From an uncultured Clostridia bacterium (GTDB taxonomy: Bacteria > Bacillota > Clostridia > TANB77 > CAG-508): DNA of 64,000 nt. Positions 50,115 to 60,405 of the stretch are shown here, piece after piece. The first letter of the stretch is position 1; every line of letters begins with the position of its first letter. The stretch spans positions 95,979-159,978 of the forward strand of contig CAKOYQ010000001.1 of assembly GCA_934130935.1 (NCBI GenBank), given 5' to 3'. The translations under genes and the position numbers were made by a program. A model generated the notes under the pieces. It was given only the letters and a program-made list of their open reading frames with translations. It was not told the origin of the DNA and ran no database searches.

Positions 50115-51308
50115 TTATGATGCTGTAACTTTACCGTAAGTTCCGCCTCCACCAGCTTCAACTTTCATGTTCCCTTCTCTTGCATTTAAAATATTTTTAG
50201 CAATTTTTTCTCCTACAACTGCTTCTATATCATCTTCTGATAATTTATGTAAAATGTTCATTTCAGTTTCAAACGTGTCCAATAATTTTTCTATTGTTTT
50301 TCCTCCCACACCTGGAATAAAACTTAAAGGAATTTGATATATATATGGAGGTCTACTTTCTGGACTTTCTGTAGTTTCTTTATCTTTAATTAATTCAATT
50401 CTATCAAAAACTCCAAAAGTCACTTTGTTACTTCCACATTTAGGACAAATTTCAACAGGTTCTTTAGTTTCTATTGTACAATCACAATTATCGCAATGTG
50501 TTCTATGATATTTTCCAAGCTTTGGATCTAATCCATAATTAGCTATTATTTTTCTTCCCTCTTCATTTTTTAATGCTTTTACAACTTCTTTAAAACTTAT
50601 ATCTTCAACTAACATTTTATTATATTCTCTTGCAATCTTTGGTAATGAATGTGCATCTGAATTTGTAACAAATGTTTTTTCCTCTAATTCTGATATCATA
50701 TCTGCCAAAAATGTATCAGAGCTTAGTCCTAATTCTACCGCAAAAATTTTATTATATTTTTCCTTAAATATGTCTTTTAATCTGTCTGCACAATTTCCAT
50801 AATAGCTCTTAAATGGCGTAAAAATATGTGCAGGAATTAGAATTCCATTATATTTTTCAACTATATCTATTAGCTCATAGCCTGATATATTTGACCTTTG
50901 TGTACTTAATGTAATATTTTTTATATGTGTACTCATCTCATTTGAAAAGCCTTTTATATCACTTAAATGAGGAAAAAAACATACATTATGTGCCGCACCA
51001 CATTTTCCATTTCTACCACTTTCTGAAGTTTCTACTTCACTTCCAAGTAAAATACATACTTTGTCTTTATATATAATTCCTCCATCTTCAAGCTCATATG
51101 CCTCTCCTGTTTTCAAGAAATTTTCTATATCTTCAATTACATATGGTGATGCACAATCTATAATTCCTACTATATTTATTCCTTTTCTATCAGCACATTC
51201 TTTTGCAATATTAGCAAAATTCAAGCTTCGTGCAGCTGTTATTTTTATAGGTTTACCTGATTCACTTCTTCCTATATGCACATGTAAGTCTGCAAATATT
51301 TCGTACAT
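50115..51308 (-). CDS. endonuclease Q-like PHP-domain nuclease (TIGR00375 family)
   Basis: The N-terminal ADLHVHIG, then PAHIFTPF, ELGLSSDT, NSDAHS and EYN echo EndoQ motifs. C-terminal Zn ribbons are CDNCDC...CPKCGS. Confidence 0.6.
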   Translation of the reverse strand: MYEIFADLHVHIGRSESGKPIKITAARSLNFANIAKECADRKGINIVGIIDCASPYVIEDIENFLKTGEAYELEDGGIIYKDKVCILLGSEVETSESGRNGKCGAAHNVCFFPHLSDIKGFSNEMSTHIKNITLSTQRSNISGYELIDIVEKYNGILIPAHIFTPFKSYYGNCADRLKDIFKEKYNKIFAVELGLSSDTFLADMISELEEKTFVTNSDAHSLPKIAREYNKMLVEDISFKEVVKALKNEEGRKIIANYGLDPKLGKYHRTHCDNCDCTIETKEPVEICPKCGSNKVTFGVFDRIELIKDKETTESPESRPPYIYQIPLSFIPGVGGKTIEKLLDTFETEMNILHKLSEDDIEAVVGEKIAKNILNAREGNMKVEAGGGGTYGKVTAS

Positions 51309-51325
51309 TATAATCCTCCCTTTAA

Positions 51326-52090
51326 TTACTCTTCTATTTTCGCACGTTTCAAAATCTTTTCTTTACTTTCATTAGTAAACATTGCTCTATTTGCCTGTTC
51401 TTTTGCAGATCTTGCAATACTTTTTAGCTCTTCTAACTTCTTATCAACATTTACTGAATAATCTGTAGCAATCATTTTAACAAATTCAGGAATATCTTTA
51501 GACTCTCTAATTAATTTTTGTAATCTAGCAAAAACTGTTGTATTCACAACACCTTGTATCTCAATTTTTTCCATGGCTTCAACAAAATTTCTAAAAATCT
51601 CCAAATATCTATTATATTCAGTTTTTAGGTTTCTATGTTCTAATAAAACAAGAGCCTCTTCTGGACTAAATCCAATTCTTTCTGGTCTATCTATTAGCAT
51701 TCCTCCAAATTGATCAGCCAATTCTAATATATCACTTTCTCCTTCTCTAGGATTACCACTATACCTGTTTACGCCTTCGCAAATCTTGCAAAATCTTTCG
51801 TCAAATCCTAATTTAGCTAAATATTCAGCGCCCTCTCTTGCATATGTTTTTATCTTTCCTATCTTTTGAGCATCATCTACTTTTTTACAATTACATAGTA
51901 AACAAGCTGTTAGCACCAAATTAAAATCCACTTTAGGATTTGCATACTTCAAAAACATCCTTGCTATTTCTGTTTTAAATATAATCGATTTGTCAAAATT
52001 AATTTTAAGTTTTGGCGCTAAAAAATATATTATCTCTATTTTTGATATTAAATCATCTTCATTTAAAATATAATCAGCAAATTCTTCCAT
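51326..52090 (-). CDS. hypothetical protein
   Basis: ORF with no recognisable motif. The start is trimmed to the ATG at 52090 (AGAGGGGGA RBS), because the 16 upstream codons of the ORF track are the translated GGGCAA hairpin repeat. Confidence 0.35.
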   Translation of the reverse strand: MEEFADYILNEDDLISKIEIIYFLAPKLKINFDKSIIFKTEIARMFLKYANPKVDFNLVLTACLLCNCKKVDDAQKIGKIKTYAREGAEYLAKLGFDERFCKICEGVNRYSGNPREGESDILELADQFGGMLIDRPERIGFSPEEALVLLEHRNLKTEYNRYLEIFRNFVEAMEKIEIQGVVNTTVFARLQKLIRESKDIPEFVKMIATDYSVNVDKKLEELKSIARSAKEQANRAMFTNESKEKILKRAKIEE

Positions 52091-52115
52091 TTTTTCTCTT
52101 GTTCCCCCTCTAAAT

Positions 52116-52146
52116 GGGCAATTTGGGGTCGGTTCCATTTTTGCCC
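52116..52146 (+). repeat. solo 31-bp GGGCAA-hairpin repeat unit
   Basis: gggcaatttggggtcggttccatttttgccc followed by ttttttatttt. It lies between the ftsH stop and the downstream gene's RBS. Confidence 0.85.
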
Positions 52147-52150
52147 TTTT

Positions 52151-53950
52151 TTATTTTACAAAAAACTTATTAAATTCTTGTTCATTTATCTTTTCTTTTG
52201 AAATTAGCTCTTTAGCGATTGCATGAAGTGTTTCAACATTTTGTTTTAATATTTCTTGTGCATCTCTATAAGCTATATCTATTAATTTTTTCACTTCTTT
52301 GCCTATTGCATCTTGCATATCGTCTCCAAACATTTGATATTCAAGTTGTCCATCATTATCTTTTAAAGAGATTGGTCCTATCACATCACTCATTCCATAT
52401 ACTGTAACCATATCTTTAGCAATTTGTGTTGCAACTTCTAAGTCATTACTTGCACCTGTAGAAATATCGTCTAATATTAATTTTTCTGCTGCCCTTCCTC
52501 CTAAAAGTGCAATAAGCTTTTCTTGCATTTCTGTTTTTGATATATAATATTTATCTTCATCAGATTTATACATTGTATATCCGCCAGCCATTCCTCTTGG
52601 AATAATTGAAACTTCTTTTACAGCTGTTTGCGTTGGTAAGAATTGGCTTACTATTGCATGTCCTGCTTCATGATATGCTGTTAATTTTTTGTCTTTTTCT
52701 GATATTTTTCTACTTGTCTTTTCAAGTCCTACAGTTACTTTTTTAACTGCTTCATCTAAATCTGCATTTGTTATAGCATCATGTTCTTTTTTGGTTGCTA
52801 TTATTGCTGCTTCATTTAAAATATTTGCAAGTTCTGCTCCTGTAAATCCAGCTGTGTCTTCTGCAATATTATATAATGATACATCATCTGCTAATTTTTT
52901 ATCTTTTGAATGAATTTTCAATATTGCTTCTCTTCCATTTAAATCTGGTGCTGGAATTGTTACTTGTCTGTCAAATCTACCAGGTCTTAAAAGTGCTTTA
53001 TCTAACATCTCTGGTCTGTTTGTTGCAGCTAAAACTATTATAGTTTCTTCTGTAGAAAATCCATCCATTTCAACTAATAATTGATTTAATGTTTGATTGT
53101 TTTCCGATTCTGCTCCACTATTACTTGTTCTTCTTGAGCCTATTGCATCAATTTCATCTATAAATACTATACATGGAGATAATTTTCTTGCTTTATCAAA
53201 TAGTTTTCTTACCCTAGATGCTCCAAGCCCTGCAAACATTTCTATAAACTCAGATCCACTCATTGATATAAATGGTACATCTGCCTCTCCTGCTATTGCT
53301 TTTGCTATTAATGTTTTTCCTGTTCCTGGTTTTCCATATAATAAAATACCCTTTGGAATCTTTGCTCCCATTTCTGCAAATCTTTTTGGTCTTTTTAAAA
53401 ATTCTACTATTTCTTTTAATTCTTCTTTTTCTTCGTCTAATCCAGCAATATCATCAAATGTAACTTTTGTTTTTCTTTCTGTGTCATCATATACCTCGCC
53501 CTTATCTCCAAGTCCTTGCATCTTGAATATCATTACAAATAATGCAACCATTATCAATGTTGGTAAAATCGAAAATATATATGATGGTATTTTTGACAAT
53601 ACACTTGGATTTTTAATCTCTACACTTATATTATTGTCTTCTAATACTTTTTGTTGTACTAATTCTGTAAATACTTGTGTACTTGGTATTATTGCTCTTT
53701 TTTCTTTCTCTACATCTTTCATTTTCACTTTTAAAGATGTACTTCCTGTTGTCATCTCTATTTTTTCTACATTTCCAGCTTGAATTTCTTTTATTAATTC
53801 TGCATATGTCAAAATATTGTCTTTTGCATTTTTGTCTCCATTACTTTGATATATAAAGAATATAATAATAGATGATAATAATAAAATCATTAATATAAAT
53901 ACTACATTTAATAACATTTTTAATATCTTTTTTGATTTATCTTTGTCCAT
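52151..53950 (-). CDS. ftsH: ATP-dependent zinc metalloprotease FtsH
   Basis: 599 aa with two N-terminal TMs. The AAA+ Walker A is GKPGTGKT and the SRH region is present. The HEAGHAIV zinc site is followed by the M41 protease domain. Confidence 0.92.
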   Translation of the reverse strand: MDKDKSKKILKMLLNVVFILMILLLSSIIIFFIYQSNGDKNAKDNILTYAELIKEIQAGNVEKIEMTTGSTSLKVKMKDVEKEKRAIIPSTQVFTELVQQKVLEDNNISVEIKNPSVLSKIPSYIFSILPTLIMVALFVMIFKMQGLGDKGEVYDDTERKTKVTFDDIAGLDEEKEELKEIVEFLKRPKRFAEMGAKIPKGILLYGKPGTGKTLIAKAIAGEADVPFISMSGSEFIEMFAGLGASRVRKLFDKARKLSPCIVFIDEIDAIGSRRTSNSGAESENNQTLNQLLVEMDGFSTEETIIVLAATNRPEMLDKALLRPGRFDRQVTIPAPDLNGREAILKIHSKDKKLADDVSLYNIAEDTAGFTGAELANILNEAAIIATKKEHDAITNADLDEAVKKVTVGLEKTSRKISEKDKKLTAYHEAGHAIVSQFLPTQTAVKEVSIIPRGMAGGYTMYKSDEDKYYISKTEMQEKLIALLGGRAAEKLILDDISTGASNDLEVATQIAKDMVTVYGMSDVIGPISLKDNDGQLEYQMFGDDMQDAIGKEVKKLIDIAYRDAQEILKQNVETLHAIAKELISKEKINEQEFNKFFVK

Positions 53951-53969
53951 AATTTTAACTTCTTCCTCC

Positions 53970-55007
53970 TTATGCTTCAGAACCTTGTGGTTCTTCTCCG
54001 TCTTCTTTATCTTTATCTTTTTCTTTCTTCTTTTCCTCTTTTTCGTCTTCTTTTGGCTCTTCTTGTTCTTTAATTTCTTCTTTTACTTTCTTCTGTTCTT
54101 GCCTTATTCTTTCAACTTCTTGCATTCTTTTAATTAAATCATCTTTTAAAATAAATATTGTCGCTGCTATGTATATATATGCAATTACTACATAAGCAGT
54201 TTCGAAATATCTTATTTTGAAATTTATAAAATAATTAACTATAATATAACATATATTTAAAATCATGGATAATGTTAATGAATGTATTGCCATACTATAA
54301 ATTGCACTAAATTTCATTCTTATTTTAGCAAGTGTTGCTGTAATCCATCCAAATATTGCTATTTCTAATGAAACCGCTAATGCATATATTATATTTATAA
54401 GTAATAAATATATATACATTGATGCTCCATATCTTATATAAAATTGCATCATTTTTGAGCTTGTTAAATATCCTATTAGTTCTGCTTTATTAAAAGTTTG
54501 TATATTCTTTCCAGTATAATTTTTTACAAATTCGCTATATGTATATATTTGCTTATTTACTTGTTCCTCATCTATTTTACTTATTAAAACTATTTTATCA
54601 CTAAAGAAAAACACCGTTATTCCTGATACTGTCTCTGCTTCTTCTGATTGCTCTCGTTGTTCATCTGTTTCTGCTAAAGGATTAATAACCACTTTATCTA
54701 TGCCCGTATATTTTACCTTCTCTATTATTATTGGCTGTTCTAAATCCATAGTAACTTTTCCTTCTGTAATTGAAAAATCAGGAATATTTTGCTCTATATA
54801 TTGTGCTAAATTGTCTATTACTTTATTCATCTGTAATAGTGAACTTATCATAGTAAATACTGTAACTATAGCTGTTAATATTGTTAGATATTTTATAGCT
54901 CGTAATAATCCTTCTGTTGCCATCACTGGATATTGTTCAAATTTTGTTATTGAATACCAAACTTTTTTAAAAAAATTTATATTAACTACTTCTTCTTTTT
55001 CTTTCAT
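53970..55007 (-). CDS. DUF1189-like polytopic membrane protein with K/E-rich C-terminal tail
   Basis: 345 aa with multiple TM helices and a C-terminal ~50-aa KEEIKEQEEPKEDEKEEKKKEKDKDKED tail. The family assignment is tentative. Confidence 0.35.
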   Translation of the reverse strand: MKEKEEVVNINFFKKVWYSITKFEQYPVMATEGLLRAIKYLTILTAIVTVFTMISSLLQMNKVIDNLAQYIEQNIPDFSITEGKVTMDLEQPIIIEKVKYTGIDKVVINPLAETDEQREQSEEAETVSGITVFFFSDKIVLISKIDEEQVNKQIYTYSEFVKNYTGKNIQTFNKAELIGYLTSSKMMQFYIRYGASMYIYLLLINIIYALAVSLEIAIFGWITATLAKIRMKFSAIYSMAIHSLTLSMILNICYIIVNYFINFKIRYFETAYVVIAYIYIAATIFILKDDLIKRMQEVERIRQEQKKVKEEIKEQEEPKEDEKEEKKKEKDKDKEDGEEPQGSEA

Positions 55008-55065
55008 CTTAAAATTCCTATTTTAAATTTAATATTTAGGTTTTTGGCTCTACCTATAAACCTTT

Positions 55066-56172
55066 TTAGTCATAGTCTCTTGTTATATTACTATCAACAA
55101 ACATTGGGTTAATTTCAAATTTCGCTTCATCATTTATTTTTATCACTTTTCCTGTTATGTTAGCACATACATGAAACATCCCAATTCTTCCAAGTATCTC
55201 GCACTGTTCTCCATTTATATTAACATATAATTTTTTACTTTTTAGTGCATCTTTAATGTCTCTTACAATGTATCTTAATTTATCCACAGTTCTAAACATA
55301 TCTCTATCTACCTTTACATTAATACCATCTGCATATCCACATGGAATTATTGCAATTTTAGTTTCTTTTGTTGTTGTATATGAATTCGAATATCCTATAT
55401 TATACCCAGCTGGAAGTACTTTTATTTCTGTAACATTGGATTTTAAATATCCTACTTTCTTAAATCCCCATGTATTAGGAATTGATAACCTACCAAGCAA
55501 AGCAGAACCTATCCTAACAGCGTCCAAATGCATATCATTAAAACGCAAAAATGCAGATGAATTACATATATGTAACATTCCTGTATTAATATTATTATTC
55601 TTTAATGTATCTACACATTGCATATATCTATTAAATTGCTCTTTAGATTCTTTGCCATTCCCATAAAAAGCAATGGAGAAATGTGAAAAAACCCCATCAA
55701 TTTGAATGTTTTTCCAAGATTTTATTATATCTACCATCTCTTCTTTTTTATTATATATAAATCCATATCTTCCAAATCCTGTGTCTATTTTTAAATGCAC
55801 TTTTATTTTCTTGTCTAATTTTTTTGCTATTTTTTCTATAACATCTCCTGCTTCTTTTGAACCAACTGTTAATATAATTTTATTTTGAATTAAAAGTTCT
55901 ATATCTCTTTCTACTGTAGTTGATGACATCATCAAAATATCTTTTGTTATTCCATTTTCTCTTAATATAATTGCTTCTTCTGTAGTAGCCACTGCCAAAA
56001 AGTCTATTCCATTATCAATTAAAAATTGTGCATATTCTACCAAACCTAATCCATATCCATTGCCTTTTATTACTGCTATTATTCTAGTTTTCTTTTCATC
56101 TTTGTTTATAATTTCTTTAATAATTTTTAAATTATGCTTTAAATTTTTTCTTTCTACAACTAATGCTTTCAT
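55066..56172 (-). CDS. alr: alanine racemase
   Basis: 368 aa with the PLP-lysine motif AVIKGNGYGLG and a fold-type III TIM barrel plus C-terminal beta domain. Confidence 0.82.
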   Translation of the reverse strand: MKALVVERKNLKHNLKIIKEIINKDEKKTRIIAVIKGNGYGLGLVEYAQFLIDNGIDFLAVATTEEAIILRENGITKDILMMSSTTVERDIELLIQNKIILTVGSKEAGDVIEKIAKKLDKKIKVHLKIDTGFGRYGFIYNKKEEMVDIIKSWKNIQIDGVFSHFSIAFYGNGKESKEQFNRYMQCVDTLKNNNINTGMLHICNSSAFLRFNDMHLDAVRIGSALLGRLSIPNTWGFKKVGYLKSNVTEIKVLPAGYNIGYSNSYTTTKETKIAIIPCGYADGINVKVDRDMFRTVDKLRYIVRDIKDALKSKKLYVNINGEQCEILGRIGMFHVCANITGKVIKINDEAKFEINPMFVDSNITRDYD

Positions 56173-56194
56173 ATTACTCCTTTTAAATAACTAA

Positions 56195-57247
56195 TTATTT
56201 GAATTTAGTTTTTAAACCTCTAATATTTCTAAATGCTTTCTCAGAAAATTTATATAATGAATATGTTAATGGCTTGAATGGTATATAAACCTCTCCTATA
56301 AATTCTGTAAATGTAGCACCAAATCCTTTTTTAAATCTGTATAGTCCATATTGTGGATGACTTTCATCAACTACCCCAGATACCCCTCTAAAATCATAAA
56401 CATCATCTTTTCTTGCAATAGCCATTTTTATCATTTCCCATTGCAATAAATAGTTTGGCATTAAATTTCTGTGTTCATTACTACTTGCACCATACAAATA
56501 CCAAGTTTTATTTCCATAAAAAATAGGAATCACTCCTGATATTGGCTTATCCTCATAATATGCCATCAATAATTTCATATGTTTTGGTGCTAATTCATCA
56601 TACATTTTTTCAAAATATGATAACGGTCTTATTATAAATCCATCTCTCGCACCCGTTTCTACCATTATTTTATGAAAATCCTTTAAATCTTCTCTTGTTC
56701 CTTCTTTTACTACTACTCCTTTTTTAGTTGCTAAACGTACATTGTATCTTGTTTTAGAATGAAAACCAGAAAATATTTCTTCTTCTGTTTTACCTTTTAT
56801 ATCTAATCTAAATACATATCTTGGCTGTATTTCCTCTCTAAAGTTTCTCGCATCATCCTTTATTTTATATCCTAAGTTAGTTACAACCTTTCTAAATTCT
56901 TCATCACTGCTTAATATGTCTGGCTCTGCTTTATAAACAATCGCTTTATACTTTTGTGCTAATTCTTTTATTCCATCTGTTAATTGTTTCATTACTTTTA
57001 TATCATGTATGTCACAAGTTGGTCCTCTTGATGAATACATTATATTTCCAAAAAGAGGTATCTTTCTTATTAAAACACTTACCGCTCCAATAATTTTTCC
57101 ACTTCCATCTTCTGCTAGTACTACTTCATTTATCCAGTTTGACTTTACTTTTGCCCATTCTGGTGATTGTTGAAAATTACATCTATCATGCCTTTCTAAA
57201 AAGTCTTTATATTCTTTTCTACTTTTTTCATCTGTTACGAATCTCAT
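56195..57247 (-). CDS. FemAB-family peptidoglycan interpeptide aminoacyltransferase (FemX-like, no coiled-coil insert)
   Basis: 350 aa with the FemABX N-terminal pattern FLERHDRCNFQQSPEWAKVK and the GNAT-like duplicated fold. The stop is 23 nt from the alr start. Confidence 0.7.
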   Translation of the reverse strand: MRFVTDEKSRKEYKDFLERHDRCNFQQSPEWAKVKSNWINEVVLAEDGSGKIIGAVSVLIRKIPLFGNIMYSSRGPTCDIHDIKVMKQLTDGIKELAQKYKAIVYKAEPDILSSDEEFRKVVTNLGYKIKDDARNFREEIQPRYVFRLDIKGKTEEEIFSGFHSKTRYNVRLATKKGVVVKEGTREDLKDFHKIMVETGARDGFIIRPLSYFEKMYDELAPKHMKLLMAYYEDKPISGVIPIFYGNKTWYLYGASSNEHRNLMPNYLLQWEMIKMAIARKDDVYDFRGVSGVVDESHPQYGLYRFKKGFGATFTEFIGEVYIPFKPLTYSLYKFSEKAFRNIRGLKTKFK

Positions 57248-57368
57248 TTTTTTAACCTCATTTCTTTATGCTCTCTTTATTATTTACTTTTTGCCTTTAT
57301 TTTACACTAAATATATTATTTTTACAAGACTTTTTATAAGAAAAATTTAGATATCGTTACTAGCAAAT

Positions 57369-57658
57369 GGATTAAGCATTACATGTTTTTTTACAACCTA
57401 AGGTAGGCCCAAAGGAGGAATTGCATAAAATAAATGAAAGATTTTGTGTATCTAATCTTAACACTAGAAGTTCTTATAGAAGCAAATGAGGAATGTTCAC
57501 GGGCAAACTTGTAAGTTTGAGCTTGAGTGAAAGAGGCTCATTTGATTCAATTAGAACTTCTGTGGTAAGATTGGCTTATCCAAAATCTGTAATGGTTTTT
57601 ATGCAATTCCTCCTTTGGGCCCACCTTAGGTTGTAAAAAAACATGTAACACTTAATCC
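57369..57658. mobile_element. 290-bp palindromic element with 62-bp near-perfect terminal inverted repeats (MITE-like or structured RNA)
   Basis: The left TIR (57369-57430) and the right TIR (57597-57658) differ at 3 positions. Nested internal dyads include CAAACTTgtAAGTTTG. Each TIR carries AAAGGAGGA. Confidence 0.55.
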
Positions 57659-57671
57659 CATTAAATAGTAA

Positions 57672-60389
57672 TTAAATATTTTCCTTTACCATTTTTTCAA
57701 GAGAATCGATTAAGCTCTGTAGTTTTTTTAAATCTGAGCCCATCATTTCCCAATCATTTCTATCATTAGACTCTGTCAAATTTTTATTTGCATCTATAAT
57801 AGCTTGAATCATCCCATCCACATCTTCAGTATTTGTAACATTAATATTTACAGCTGATTGTGATAATAGATTAGTAATTGCTTCACTTAATGTATCTCCT
57901 ATTGCAACTTTCGTTCCAGAAGCAACAATTACCTTTTTTAACGTAGTTGGTTGATTAGGTTCATTTGTCATAGTTTGATAAATTGTTTCAACATATAAAA
58001 CGCTATTATTAAGTGGAATTATTTTCATCTCTTTTGAAATTTTGCTTCCTGTAACATTAATAGAAGTAAGTTCTGCTGAAATTGTCTCATCCTGTTCTAT
58101 TTGATTATCTAACTGAATTGGTCCCAAAATATTACTATCTGATGGATATTTATAAATTTTTAACTTACATTCAGTTCCATCACATGTTCCCACTAGATAT
58201 GAAGTAATATTTGATTTTCCATTTTGAGTATACATTTGGACTAGTCCAAACTCGGCATCCTCATTATTTGGAGCTTTAATCATAGCATAATATGGTTGTA
58301 ATGTTGATACTTTTGATTTTGAAGACGTAGTACCATATTTAGCTAATGCCCATATATCACTATTTCTATATAACACATCTTCTTTTACATTATGATATAC
58401 CATAAGCATTTCAGATTGAACCTTATACAAAAATTCTGAATACTTGAATTGTGATTTTATTCCTTGTGGAATTTCTTTTTCTGTATAATCTGGAAAAACA
58501 GTTGGATATAATTTTAAATAAGCCATTATTACTGGGTCATTTCTATCTGTTATATAAAAATCCATATCACCATTATAAGCATTTACAATTACTTTTACTG
58601 AATTTCTTATATAATTAATATTTCGTTTAGCTCCATCATATTCAATTTCTGTAAATGTCGAATATGGATATTTATCAGAAACAGTATATGCATCTAATAC
58701 CCAATAAATTTGACCGTTATCTATAACTGTATATGGATTTTCATCATATATCAAATTTGGTAATATCGTTCTTGCTCTTTCTATTATATTTCTATTTGTC
58801 AATATCTTGCTTTCTTTTGAAACAGTTGTTGACATTGCAAGTTTTATATCTTTATTTTTTATTGCCAATATTAGTCTATCAAAAAATCCAACCTGTATCC
58901 CTGAATTACCATTATAATTATATGTATGCTCAACTCCAGAATTATCAGTATAGTCATATTCTGTCTTGTTCTTTGTATTTGTAACAGCAACACTATTTGT
59001 TTCAACACCATAGTATATCCTTGGTTCTTTTATTTCATATATATTATCTACTCCACTTATATCTTTTTGTAAATATTGAATATTTCCATTTTCTTCAACA
59101 TGTGTTGCAGAAACAACAATTTGTCCAATTCCATGTGTATATTCATATGTTTTATTATTATAAGATATTGAATTATTCTCAATCTCTCTTGGAGTCACAT
59201 ACACTAATTTATCATTACCTTTTATGTTATACTTTGAAAGAGTTGCATCTCTAAATGTATAATATCCAGTTTCAGTTTGGGTATCTTTTAAACTTTGAAC
59301 AACTAAATCTTTGTCCACTATTACTATATTATCAATAACATCAGAATTTTGTTGAATTTCTTCTTCTTTTATTGTTCCAGAATAGTCAACACTTGTTTCT
59401 TCTACATCTATATCATATGCATCCTGAGTAGATTTAATATTTTCAGATATATATTTTCTTTCTTTATCAAATTTGTTAGATTTTACAAAAATCAAATTAT
59501 ATCCTACCATAACTATAAATAATGCTACTAAATATATAGGAATAGCTAATAATGGATATATAATCTTTTTATTTTGCTTCTTTATAAAATAATTTACAGC
59601 TATTATTACAGAAATTGTAATTACTATTGATAGCAATAAATATCCCCATAACTGAATTGTTGATTCAACAATTCCAGCACCTGTTAATTCTGTTCCATTA
59701 CTTAAAGTTAAAAACTTCCCTACAACTATATTTTGTGTATTTAACATGTTATATAACCCTATTGCTATGGCTAGCATAATAGTGTTTCTTAATAATTTTT
59801 TTATAAGTTTACTTTCACGTAATAAATCTCTATCAACAGCTTTAAAATATACATTAAACACTATTATATAATATCCAACCATATATATGCTAACACCCAT
59901 TATTAGTCTAATAAAATGCCATAGCAATGACTCTATCAATGGTTTTATAAACATATAATATGATATATCAAGATTAAATATTATATCTGTTTTTCCAAAT
60001 GATGCATTACTTACAAACAATAGTACTTTGTCTAGTAAATTGTTTGATATAATTACACTTGCTATTGCTGAAATTATTAAAACTATCGATTTGTTAGGGA
60101 GTTTTGGTACTTCAAGTTTTTCTTGTTCAAAAAAAGGCTTTAGTCCTTTTTTTATTCCAATATTCGTAAAATATAAGATTATACACAAAAATACAAATGA
60201 AATTCCCATTATTGAATATTTATATTTTATTTCTGTAAAAAACTTTTCTACATATTGCTCTCCAATTTCAACATATTCTAAATATTGTCCTCTTAATGAT
60301 ATATATGTTGCAAATATATATATTGCAATAAATGCAATTACAATTATTGCTCTTACTTTTTTGCTAATCTTTACTTTATTTTTTTCCAT
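57672..60389 (-). CDS. UPF0182 family large membrane protein
   Basis: 905 aa with about 7 N-terminal TM helices and a large extracytoplasmic domain. The length and topology are typical of UPF0182. Confidence 0.6.
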   Translation of the reverse strand: MEKNKVKISKKVRAIIVIAFIAIYIFATYISLRGQYLEYVEIGEQYVEKFFTEIKYKYSIMGISFVFLCIILYFTNIGIKKGLKPFFEQEKLEVPKLPNKSIVLIISAIASVIISNNLLDKVLLFVSNASFGKTDIIFNLDISYYMFIKPLIESLLWHFIRLIMGVSIYMVGYYIIVFNVYFKAVDRDLLRESKLIKKLLRNTIMLAIAIGLYNMLNTQNIVVGKFLTLSNGTELTGAGIVESTIQLWGYLLLSIVITISVIIAVNYFIKKQNKKIIYPLLAIPIYLVALFIVMVGYNLIFVKSNKFDKERKYISENIKSTQDAYDIDVEETSVDYSGTIKEEEIQQNSDVIDNIVIVDKDLVVQSLKDTQTETGYYTFRDATLSKYNIKGNDKLVYVTPREIENNSISYNNKTYEYTHGIGQIVVSATHVEENGNIQYLQKDISGVDNIYEIKEPRIYYGVETNSVAVTNTKNKTEYDYTDNSGVEHTYNYNGNSGIQVGFFDRLILAIKNKDIKLAMSTTVSKESKILTNRNIIERARTILPNLIYDENPYTVIDNGQIYWVLDAYTVSDKYPYSTFTEIEYDGAKRNINYIRNSVKVIVNAYNGDMDFYITDRNDPVIMAYLKLYPTVFPDYTEKEIPQGIKSQFKYSEFLYKVQSEMLMVYHNVKEDVLYRNSDIWALAKYGTTSSKSKVSTLQPYYAMIKAPNNEDAEFGLVQMYTQNGKSNITSYLVGTCDGTECKLKIYKYPSDSNILGPIQLDNQIEQDETISAELTSINVTGSKISKEMKIIPLNNSVLYVETIYQTMTNEPNQPTTLKKVIVASGTKVAIGDTLSEAITNLLSQSAVNINVTNTEDVDGMIQAIIDANKNLTESNDRNDWEMMGSDLKKLQSLIDSLEKMVKENI

Positions 60390-60405
60390 GCATTTTCTCC
60401 TTTTA

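Noticed and set aside
57431-57520. Small 26-aa ORF (MKDFVYLILTLEVLIEANEECSRANL) beginning 14 nt after the AAAGGAGGA inside the left TIR of the 290-bp element.
   Set aside because: The SD-to-ATG spacing is long, there is no conservation evidence, and the mirror-image position on the other arm gives an unrelated 14-aa peptide. It is probably fortuitous.
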